DNA of 64,000 bases, taken from a virus. The DNA lies in the IMG/VR virus record IMGVR_UViG_3300003316_000080, positions 3,483-67,482 of that record. One strand, given 5' to 3'. Below, piece after piece: positions 1-8,158 of this stretch. The translations under genes and the position numbers were made by a program. Each line of letters opens with the position of its first letter. Position 1 is the stretch's first letter. Below the pieces are notes generated by a model. That model searched no databases. It was not told where the DNA came from and was given only the letters and a program-made list of their open reading frames with translations.

Positions 1-794
1 TGCACCGCGCTGCAGCAATCCACAAAGACCTTCAGTACGAGGGCACGTACACAGGTGGCCTGTTCGGACTCATGGGCACACTCGCTAAGCAGATACGCGA
101 GATCAACGCGACGCACGTGGTCATGTGCACGGATCAGCCGCCGTATGAGCGCTCGCGCGAGTACCCGCAGTACAAGATGGTTCGCAAGAAGGCGGCCGAT
201 CCTGAACTGAAGGAACGCGTGAGGCTGTCTAAGCCATTGGCTGAGGAGTTCTGCCGGACGGTGGGGATTCCCATCGTGGGTGTGCAGGGCTTTGAAGCTG
301 ACGACTGCTCGGGGATGATCGTCAAGATGCACCGGGCCCGCTTCGACGAAATTTACCTGGGTGCCAAGGACTCTGATCTGTACCAACTGCTTGTGCACTC
401 GAATGTTCGAGTGATGAAGGGTTCTGAGCGTGAAGACATCGTCACGCGTGAAAGCCTCGCTGTGGGCAAGTTGGGCATGACGCCTGATGAATACGTGTTG
501 TCGCAATGCCTTCAGGGCACGCACAACGACGTGGAAGGCATTGATGGTGTTGGACCGGTGTCGGCCTACAAGGCTGTGAAACAGCCGGGCTACATGGCAG
601 CACTACGCGCCAAGCATGCTGACCTGATCGACAGGAACTTGGCTCTGTCAAAGCTGCCACACACCAAGATGCCGTATCTGCCACTCCCTGAGCGCGGCCA
701 CTTCGATGCACGGGCTCTGTATAGATTCGCGGGAGCGCTGGGCATCGAGGTCACGATCTCCGTGCTGGACGCGCTCAAGCAGATCTCGAAATAA
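1..794 (+). CDS. 5'-3' exonuclease / flap endonuclease (FEN-like), 5' end outside window
   Basis: Frame open from position 3 to stop at 794; GFEADD acidic nuclease motif and GIDGVGPVSA helix-hairpin-helix motif typical of Pol I-type 5' nucleases. Confidence 0.75.
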   Translation, partial: HRAAAIHKDLQYEGTYTGGLFGLMGTLAKQIREINATHVVMCTDQPPYERSREYPQYKMVRKKAADPELKERVRLSKPLAEEFCRTVGIPIVGVQGFEADDCSGMIVKMHRARFDEIYLGAKDSDLYQLLVHSNVRVMKGSEREDIVTRESLAVGKLGMTPDEYVLSQCLQGTHNDVEGIDGVGPVSAYKAVKQPGYMAALRAKHADLIDRNLALSKLPHTKMPYLPLPERGHFDARALYRFAGALGIEVTISVLDALKQISK

Positions 795-803
795 GGACAC
801 GTT

Positions 804-2255
804 GTGGAGATTCAAACCACGCTAGACGCAAGTCTGGCTGAGAACCTGTTGACGCTTCTGTGCTTTGACGACGAGCACTGCAAGCTGATCCGGTATGGGC
901 TGACGCCGCAGATGTTTGAATCGGCGGTGCTCAAGCAGATTGCCGGCGTCGCAATCGACTTCATCGATCAGTTTGGTGTCGCGGTCAAGGAGCACTTGCC
1001 CGACCACCTAGAAGACATCCTGAACGGTGAAGACCAGCGCAAGGCGAAGTCGTATCGGATGGTGCTGGAAAAGCTGTATGACTCGAAGGACGCGGTGAAT
1101 GCCGAGTTCGTCATGTCGCAGTTGCATGCATTCGTTCGCGCAGCCACGCTGAAGAGCGGACTGATGGACGCCGTTGCTCACATGGAGTCGGGCCGGATCG
1201 CGGAGTGCGAAACAGCCATGACGACAGCCTTGAGCCGTCAGGTGATTTCGTTCGAAGTGGGCACGCGACTGGACAATGCAGACAGCTTGTCGGAAGCGCT
1301 GACCAATCTGGAAGAACCGGGCTTCAACCTCGACATTGACGCTTTCGATCGCGTTGGTGCGATTCCACGCCGCAAGCAGCTGTCTGTGTTCTTGGCAGCA
1401 CGTGGCCGTGGTAAGTCATGGTGGTCGATCTACATGGGCAAGCAGGCGCTGCTGCAGCGCTGGTCCGTGCTGATTGTCACGTTGGAGTTGTCTGAGGCGT
1501 ACTACACGAAGCGCTTTCTGCAGTCGTTCTTCTCAATCTCGGACCGACAAGCCAAGGTGCTGGTGTCGGAGTTCAAGCGCGGACGTGATGGCTCGATCGT
1601 GGACGTCGTTCAGTCGGAACTGCACCGACGCACACTGCGTGACGATGACTCCTTGGAGTACATCGCAGCGCGAGCACGGCGCGAGTTCAAGCAACGCCCC
1701 CCGCTGATCATCAAGAACTTTCCTACAGCGACACTGACAGCTGAGACGCTGGAAGCGTATCTGGACGGTCTGCAGCGCCATCAGAACTTCACACCGGACC
1801 TGATCCTTGTCGACTATCCAGGCTTGATGAAGCTCGATCCCAAGAACAAGCGCATTGAGCTGGGATCGGCGGTGGAGCGTCTACGCGGCATTGCCGTAGC
1901 CCGCAACGCCCACATGGGGATCATGGCTCAGGGCAATCGTGAGTCGGAGACGGCACACACGGTCACGGCGGACATGACCGCCGAGGACATCTCGCTGTTG
2001 GCTACGGCTGACTTGTTCTTCACCTACAGCCAGACCAAGCTGGAGGAAAAGCTTAACCTCGCCCGCATCTTGTGTGAGAAGAACCGTAATGGTGTGGACG
2101 GCTTCGGGGCTCTGATCACACAAAGCTATGAGATCGGCCAGTTCTGCCTGGACTCCAGTCCGCTAGAAACTTCTTACTGGGAACTGGACGTGCACGAGCA
2201 GGAAGACGAGGACCGGCCGCGCCGCAAGAAGCGTCGCAACGAGGACGAAGAATGA
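804..2255 (+). CDS. DnaB-like replicative DNA helicase
   Basis: GTG start after AAGGA RBS; Walker A RGRGKS, DnaB-like Walker B LILVDYPGLM, MAQGNRE (H3-like). Confidence 0.7.
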   Translation: MEIQTTLDASLAENLLTLLCFDDEHCKLIRYGLTPQMFESAVLKQIAGVAIDFIDQFGVAVKEHLPDHLEDILNGEDQRKAKSYRMVLEKLYDSKDAVNAEFVMSQLHAFVRAATLKSGLMDAVAHMESGRIAECETAMTTALSRQVISFEVGTRLDNADSLSEALTNLEEPGFNLDIDAFDRVGAIPRRKQLSVFLAARGRGKSWWSIYMGKQALLQRWSVLIVTLELSEAYYTKRFLQSFFSISDRQAKVLVSEFKRGRDGSIVDVVQSELHRRTLRDDDSLEYIAARARREFKQRPPLIIKNFPTATLTAETLEAYLDGLQRHQNFTPDLILVDYPGLMKLDPKNKRIELGSAVERLRGIAVARNAHMGIMAQGNRESETAHTVTADMTAEDISLLATADLFFTYSQTKLEEKLNLARILCEKNRNGVDGFGALITQSYEIGQFCLDSSPLETSYWELDVHEQEDEDRPRRKKRRNEDEE

Positions 2256-3832
2256 TTCTGGTGTCGCGCCATGCCATCACACGCTACCTTGACCGAGAGC
2301 TAGAAACACACAAGTGGGTCAAGAAGCTGACAGAGCGTCAGCTGTGGCAGGAACTGAAGCAGCTGCGCACTGTCCCTCAGTTCAAGACTGACCCATGGCT
2401 GCACCAACTGGCGTGCTTCTATCTGGGCCTGCACTACCTGCGCTTCCTGTTCATCCTAGACATGGGGCTGGGCAAGTCGAAGTTGGTGATTGACCTGATC
2501 GAGCACCGTTTTCGGCAGAAGCGTCTCAGCATGCGCCGCGACGGACGCACAGCGCTGGTGATCGTTCCAGGCGTGCTGAATACGGTTGGATGGGGTGAGG
2601 ACATCGAGCGCCATTCACTCATGGAACCGCACCTGATCACGTGCGAGAACATTGAGCAGAAGCGCTATGAACTGCTGCACCCACAAGGTGAAGTGACCGT
2701 GATCGACATGCCGTCGCTTGCCCTAGCACTGTCCACCAAGAAGAAAGGCAAGGGTCGTGGCAAGTTGCTGGCAGACAAGCAGGCGATTGCACGCGCTCAG
2801 CAGTTGTACGGTTTCATTGGCGTTGATGAGACGCACAAGTACAAGAACCACGAAACCCTGTGGTACGACGTGCTCGATCCTCTGTGTGCAGCAGCCGACG
2901 AGGTGAAGGGGCTGACTGGAACCATCTTCAGTGCAAGTCCGATCGAGATGTGGCCGCAGTTTAATCTCGTCGACCGAGGTGAGACGTTCGAGAACCGTGG
3001 ACTCTTCCAGGCGGCCTTCTTCGACTCGAAGTCAGATCATGTGAAGGGGACTGTGTACACCTTCAGGCCTGAGAGGACACGTACTCTCAACAGGATGATG
3101 CAGCACCGCTCGATTCAGTATGACGAATCGGAGGTGCACGAACTTCCAGAGCGCGTCTATCGTCCGATCAGGATGGAACTGGCAGGCGAAGCGGACGAGC
3201 ATTACCGTCGCGCTCTGGAAGGTGTCATTAATGTTGGCGCCGCCGAGAGTAGCAAGCTAGATGGAGGCTGGGTGCGCATGCGCCAGATCTGCGGTGGCTA
3301 CCTGAAGTGGTCTGATGCACACGGAGCGCACAAGCTCATCTTTGCACAGAACCCGAAGTTGGACATGCTGATGCGCCTGCTGGAGGACATCGGAAGTAAG
3401 AAGGCTGTTGTGTGCCATGACTACACCGACAGCGCGGAACTGATCGAAGCGCGGTTTAAGAAGGAGGGCATCAAGTACGCCACGTGCTCAGGGCGGACGA
3501 AGGACAAACCGGCAGAACGCGCTCGCTTTCTCGATGATCCAACCTGCCGCGTCTTCTTGATGCAGAACGCGGCTGGGGGAACAGGCACTGACGGCCTGCA
3601 GAAGGTGTCCAACTACATGATCTTCTTTGAGTCGCCAGCCTCCCCGGGTCTGCGCAAGCAAGTAGAAAAGCGCATACATCGTCCAGGTCAGACACAGAGG
3701 GCGTTCTACTACGATTTGACATATGGGCGCACCGTCGATAGCGGCATCCGTGAAGCACACAAGCAGGGTTTTGACCTATACGAAGCCGTGATGTCTGGAC
3801 GCTCTTCGACCTTGAGAGGGCTCATGAGTTGA
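2252..3832 (+). CDS. SF2 helicase, SNF2/DEAH-like
   Basis: Motif I LDMGLGKS, motif II GVDETHKYKN, C-terminal helicase domain with GGTGTDG and HRPGQTQ. Confidence 0.7.
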   Translation: MILVSRHAITRYLDRELETHKWVKKLTERQLWQELKQLRTVPQFKTDPWLHQLACFYLGLHYLRFLFILDMGLGKSKLVIDLIEHRFRQKRLSMRRDGRTALVIVPGVLNTVGWGEDIERHSLMEPHLITCENIEQKRYELLHPQGEVTVIDMPSLALALSTKKKGKGRGKLLADKQAIARAQQLYGFIGVDETHKYKNHETLWYDVLDPLCAAADEVKGLTGTIFSASPIEMWPQFNLVDRGETFENRGLFQAAFFDSKSDHVKGTVYTFRPERTRTLNRMMQHRSIQYDESEVHELPERVYRPIRMELAGEADEHYRRALEGVINVGAAESSKLDGGWVRMRQICGGYLKWSDAHGAHKLIFAQNPKLDMLMRLLEDIGSKKAVVCHDYTDSAELIEARFKKEGIKYATCSGRTKDKPAERARFLDDPTCRVFLMQNAAGGTGTDGLQKVSNYMIFFESPASPGLRKQVEKRIHRPGQTQRAFYYDLTYGRTVDSGIREAHKQGFDLYEAVMSGRSSTLRGLMS

Positions 3833-3871
3833 TATACAATCTGCTGCAAGATAAACAAGAAGGCGGCAAAC

Positions 3872-4942
3872 ATGACTGGGCGGGTCTTTCGTTGGCGTGA
3901 ACTATTTGACGAACATCACGTTCGTTACATAGAGCGCGGCGCCAACGTGAAGCGCGGGGAGATCAACATCAAGTGTCCGTTCTGTGGCGCAGCTGATCCC
4001 AGCTACCACATGGGCGTCAACCTTGAATCAGGCTTTTGGGCCTGTTGGCGTAATGAGAACCACCGGGGCAAGTCGCCGCTGCGTCTCATCGTCACGCTGC
4101 TCAAGGTGTCGTACTACAGGGCCCGCGAGATCGCTGGCTTTGGTGACGACTACATCGATCCCGAGGGCTTCTCTGCTATGGCTGCACGCGTGCTGGGCCG
4201 CGACGGCCTGCTCGCTGGTGGCCGCACGGTTGACGAGGACCGGCAGCACCTGAAGTTCCCGCGTGACTTCGACACGCCACGCCGTCAGCGTGGATCGCGC
4301 GTGTGGAATTACCTCGCACGTGAACGCGGTTTCGGTGTCTTCACAGATGAGTTGATCGACTACTACAGCATCAAGTGGACTCAAGGCGCTGAAGTCAACG
4401 AGAAAGATCCCGACGCGTGGAAGAAGAAATACGCCTGGACGGATCGCGCCATCATTCCGTATTACCTCGACCACAAGCTGATGACCTGGACAGGCCGCAC
4501 GGTAAACGGTCATGCGATCCGCTACAAGGATCTCTCAGTGGACGAGTCCATCAAGCCCCCCAAACAGACGCTGTTCAACTTTGATCGCACGATCAAGGGC
4601 GGTCGGGTGCTGCTGGCTGTCGAAGGTCCCATTGATGCACTGAAGGTCGATTTCTTCGGTGCAGAGGTCAAAGTGCGCGCTGTGGCGATGAGCACCAACA
4701 GCATGACGGATGAGCAGGTATATATGCTGGCCGACGCTGCCGAACGCTTTGACCGCCTGTTGTTCATGCTCGACAACAAAACGCAATTCGGCATCGTCGA
4801 TTCGATGAAGATCAAAGCCAAGCTGAGCCACATCCCGAACGCGGGTGTGATCAGTGTTCCCTACGGCTTGGGGGATGCTGGGGCGCTCAGTCCCAAACAA
4901 GCAACGGAATGGACGGACAAACTTTCTTCGGGGGAGCTATGA
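3872..4942 (+). CDS. putative DNA primase (zinc-binding N-terminus, TOPRIM-like core)
   Basis: CPFCG...ACWRNENH zinc-binding arrangement; LLAVEGPIDALKV and LFMLDNK acidic motifs; position between helicases and polymerase. Confidence 0.5.
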   Translation: MTGRVFRWRELFDEHHVRYIERGANVKRGEINIKCPFCGAADPSYHMGVNLESGFWACWRNENHRGKSPLRLIVTLLKVSYYRAREIAGFGDDYIDPEGFSAMAARVLGRDGLLAGGRTVDEDRQHLKFPRDFDTPRRQRGSRVWNYLARERGFGVFTDELIDYYSIKWTQGAEVNEKDPDAWKKKYAWTDRAIIPYYLDHKLMTWTGRTVNGHAIRYKDLSVDESIKPPKQTLFNFDRTIKGGRVLLAVEGPIDALKVDFFGAEVKVRAVAMSTNSMTDEQVYMLADAAERFDRLLFMLDNKTQFGIVDSMKIKAKLSHIPNAGVISVPYGLGDAGALSPKQATEWTDKLSSGEL

Positions 4943-5259
4943 GGTTCAATCACGAGATGAACACGCATTTCCGCGACTGCACGTTGATCGCGGAAGCCTA
5001 CGACAGTCACCGCGATCGCCACGTGACGCTGCACATCCTGCCGGGCACTGAAGATTGCGTGGGTGTCACGGACGGCACAGACGCGTGGCTGTGCCCGATC
5101 AGCGTGGATGCGTTCGGCATCAACATCGCCAAGGCGCGCTCAGACGTGCGCGACGGCAAAGACCCCATCCGACGACAGAAACCGGCCGCGCGCCGCAAGC
5201 TGTTGCTGGAGGATCAACCCACCAGCAAGACCCGTCGTGCTTTGCTGGTGGAGGTGTGA
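4939..5259 (+). CDS. hypothetical protein
   Basis: ATG preceded by GGGGAG; overlaps primase stop; stop abuts next start. Confidence 0.35.
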   Translation: MRFNHEMNTHFRDCTLIAEAYDSHRDRHVTLHILPGTEDCVGVTDGTDAWLCPISVDAFGINIAKARSDVRDGKDPIRRQKPAARRKLLLEDQPTSKTRRALLVEV

Positions 5260-5260
5260 A

Positions 5261-5848
5261 ATGCGCAAGCAACTCGTTGCACACAAGGTGGCTCCGTTGC
5301 CGTTCGAGGGCAAGATAGCCGGCTACGTCGTGAACAACCTGGAGATGTGGAAGTACGAACCGCTCTTCACGTACAACGACATGATCCAAGAAGCCACGCT
5401 GGTGTGGCTGAAGTGCGGACAGGAATACCCGCACGTCGTCAGTAAACACTTTATGGCCCTGTTCAAGACGGCGTGGTATCGGCGCTGTGTCGATCTCGCC
5501 TATGAAGCATCGGAGTGCCGCGCACAGATCGCGATCACTTTCGGCGATACATACGGTTCGGATGACGAAACCATTGCGCTGGCTAAAGAACCGATGGGCG
5601 ATGAAGAGAACGCGGGCTACATGCGCACCCTGATCCGTCAGATCACGGAGCAGGCACCGGAAGAAGTCGTCAGCGTGTTCACGCTGATGCTCAATGCGCC
5701 GGTTGAACTGCTTGAACTGGCGTCGAACGCACTGGGACGTCGCAACAAGAACAACTCCAACATGATGGTTGCTCGTTGTCTGGGCCTGCCCGATGACAGC
5801 AAGCCTGTAGACGCAGCAAAAAGTTATGTACGCAGCGCACTGAAATAA
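5261..5848 (+). CDS. hypothetical protein, possible sigma-factor-like regulator
   Basis: ATG with GGAGGTG RBS (track ORF 5063 is an upstream extension); weak resemblance of NDMIQEATLVWLK to sigma region 2. Confidence 0.5.
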   Translation: MRKQLVAHKVAPLPFEGKIAGYVVNNLEMWKYEPLFTYNDMIQEATLVWLKCGQEYPHVVSKHFMALFKTAWYRRCVDLAYEASECRAQIAITFGDTYGSDDETIALAKEPMGDEENAGYMRTLIRQITEQAPEEVVSVFTLMLNAPVELLELASNALGRRNKNNSNMMVARCLGLPDDSKPVDAAKSYVRSALK

Positions 5849-5921
5849 GCAAAGCGCTACGTATACTTGTCCAGCTGCACAGAGCAGCAATTTCCAACCC
5901 CCTCCAAAACAAGGAGTTCCC

Positions 5922-6905
5922 GTGAGCAAGATCCAGAAAGAACTGCAGGACGTGACCGGCGTGAATCCGGCCGAGGACCAGTCGATCATCGACCCGGCCT
6001 ACATGAAGAAGGTCGTCAAGGCCGCTTCGAAGGACATTCCCGAGAAGGACTGGGACAAGCTGTCCGAGGAAGCCAAGGACTGGGTCAACGCGGCTGTGGA
6101 CGCGATGAACGAGCGCGAAGACATCAAGCCGTATCCCGACTACAAGGAACCGGCAAAGGAAGAGAAGAAGTCGACCCGCCGCCGCACCGATGATGACGAA
6201 GGCGACAAGCCGGCCGCTGCCGCCTACGCCGTCGGCGACGAGGTCGAAGTGACCAAGACCAACGGCAAGACCGTGGCCGGCGTCGTCAAGAACCTCGATG
6301 ATGACGGCGACCTCGTCCTCGAAGACGAAGAAGGTGAACTGGCCGTGCAGCTGAGCAAGATCGAGGCGGTCGTCGTGACCAAGGCCGCGAAGCCGGCCAA
6401 GGAGGAGAGCAAGCGTCGCCGCAACGATGACGACGAGGACGATGCGAAGGATGCGGGCCCCGGCGTCGGCGACGAGGTCAAGATCGTCAAGACCAACGAC
6501 CGCACCAACGAGGGTGTGATCACCTCGATCGACGAAGACGACATCGTCATCAAGGACGAAGACGGCGACGAGATCACGATCGCCCGCAGCAAGGTCAAGA
6601 CCGTCGAGATCATCAAGAAGGCGAAGAAGGCGTCTGCCAGCAAGTCCGACGTGAAGGACGACGCCAAGGACGACGAAGGCGACGGCAAGCGCAAGCGCGC
6701 CGGCAAGGGCGAGGATGGCGTGTCCGCCGCGCAGCGCGTCTTCGAGATCATGTGCGAAGACCCGCTGGACCCGCCCTCGCTGGAAGAACTGACCAAGCAG
6801 ATCCAGAAGGAAGGCCGCGACTGCAACGCCAACACGCTGAAGATCAACCACACGACCGCGTCGAAGATCTTCACGCTGCTGAAGGCCGGCAAGCACCTGA
6901 AGTGA
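5922..6905 (+). CDS. highly acidic protein with two tandem KOW-like repeats
   Basis: GTG start after AAGGAG; repeats GDEVEVTKTNGKTVAGVV.. and GDEVKIVKTNDRTNEGVI..; D/E-rich linkers. Confidence 0.6.
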   Translation: MSKIQKELQDVTGVNPAEDQSIIDPAYMKKVVKAASKDIPEKDWDKLSEEAKDWVNAAVDAMNEREDIKPYPDYKEPAKEEKKSTRRRTDDDEGDKPAAAAYAVGDEVEVTKTNGKTVAGVVKNLDDDGDLVLEDEEGELAVQLSKIEAVVVTKAAKPAKEESKRRRNDDDEDDAKDAGPGVGDEVKIVKTNDRTNEGVITSIDEDDIVIKDEDGDEITIARSKVKTVEIIKKAKKASASKSDVKDDAKDDEGDGKRKRAGKGEDGVSAAQRVFEIMCEDPLDPPSLEELTKQIQKEGRDCNANTLKINHTTASKIFTLLKAGKHLK

Positions 6906-6941
6906 TCGCCACACGGCAGCGCCCGCAAGGGCGTTGAACAG

Positions 6942-6977
6942 AGGGGCCCTGTATATTGCGGGGCCCCTTTTCTTTTG
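6942..6977 (+). terminator. rho-independent terminator
   Basis: GGGGCCC/GGGCCCC stem followed by TTTTCTTTT. Confidence 0.6.
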
Positions 6978-6988
6978 TCGGAGAACCC

Positions 6989-8155
6989 ATGACCACAATC
7001 GACAGAAGCTCGATCATGCGAGCGTGCGCCCAGGTGCGCCCCGCAGTGAGCAAACAGCCGTTCATTCCCGCGTTCACGCACTTCTGCTTCAACGAGGGTG
7101 CCGTGTTCGCATACAACGACACGCTGCTGCTCATGATGTCGTTGCCTGACGACGCGGCCGAGATGCCATCTTGCTGCGCGCCTGCCGACGTACTGACAGA
7201 AGCCCTGCGCAGCATGGGCGGCGACACAATGGAGGTGCAGCACGACACTGACTCTCGCGAACTGCACATCAAGGCCGGCCGCTCGAAGTTCAACCTCAAG
7301 ACGCTGCCGACGGAAGACTTCCAGATGCACCTGGAGCTACCCACGGCCGAAGAGAAGAAGCGCGGCTGGAAGTTTGATGCGTCTGCCGACTTCATCGAAG
7401 GCTTGCGGGCCTGCCGTATGGCCGTAGGCAACAACCCCAACCATCCGGCCTCCATGGGCATCACGCTGGGTAGTGTGAGCGGCAATGCGGTGCTGTACGC
7501 AACGGACAACGTGACCATCACGCGCTATGCCGTCGACATGGAACACGATGGAGAAGATGACGCGATCCTGCCCACACCATTCTGCGATGCCCTGCTCAGC
7601 TTCGCAAAGGCCATGCCCAACGACAGGATCGAGATCTCTGTGCTGCGCGGCGTGGTGAGCGCCACATTCCACGATAAGCGGGACAAGCACGGGATCGGCG
7701 GCGTCATCGTCACGAAGACACTGACAGACTTGGCCGCCCTCGACTATGAGCAGATCATGCGCAAGCACGTGGACATGAAGCGCGTGGCGGACATTCTGTC
7801 ACCGCTGCCGGCAGACATGGGTGCTGTGTTCGAGCGTGCCGCCGCAGTCGGCGTGGATGAGCCGCGCACCACACTGCGCCTTGTGTCGGGCTCCGATAAC
7901 GAGGTCAGCGTCAGCGCATCGGGCGTGGGTGCTCAAGCGTCAGACGTGCTCGTGTTCGATGGCAAGCGCTCAGACGAAGCTTTGGCCGCGCTCGACGAAG
8001 AAGCGGAAGACGTCAATGCTGCGCATGTGCTGCGCGCGGTCAAACACACTGACCGACTGGCTTTCGTCAAGAACGCGCTGCTGTTCGGAGACGCTAAAGC
8101 GAAGCTCCTTCACCTCGTGGGGTATATGGCACCCATCAAGAAGTCCAAGAGGTAA
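6989..8155 (+). CDS. DNA polymerase sliding clamp (beta/DnaN-like)
   Basis: ~388 aa; SKFNLKTLPTEDFQ resembles the DnaN RFSLSTLPAADFP segment; adjacent to polymerase and clamp loader. Confidence 0.55.
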   Translation: MTTIDRSSIMRACAQVRPAVSKQPFIPAFTHFCFNEGAVFAYNDTLLLMMSLPDDAAEMPSCCAPADVLTEALRSMGGDTMEVQHDTDSRELHIKAGRSKFNLKTLPTEDFQMHLELPTAEEKKRGWKFDASADFIEGLRACRMAVGNNPNHPASMGITLGSVSGNAVLYATDNVTITRYAVDMEHDGEDDAILPTPFCDALLSFAKAMPNDRIEISVLRGVVSATFHDKRDKHGIGGVIVTKTLTDLAALDYEQIMRKHVDMKRVADILSPLPADMGAVFERAAAVGVDEPRTTLRLVSGSDNEVSVSASGVGAQASDVLVFDGKRSDEALAALDEEAEDVNAAHVLRAVKHTDRLAFVKNALLFGDAKAKLLHLVGYMAPIKKSKR

Positions 8156-8158
8156 GGC

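Noticed and set aside
5063-5260. Upstream extension of ORF 5063..5848
   Set aside because: Arg/Ala-rich extension overlapping the preceding gene; ATG at 5261 has a GGAGG RBS.
5691-6998. 435-aa ORF on the minus strand
   Set aside because: Antisense to the acidic-repeat gene; low-complexity L/V/G/R-rich translation typical of antisense frames in GC-rich coding sequence; no RBS.
6224-7330. 368-aa ORF on the minus strand
   Set aside because: Antisense to plus-strand genes with clear motifs; Ser/Ala/Leu-rich junk composition.
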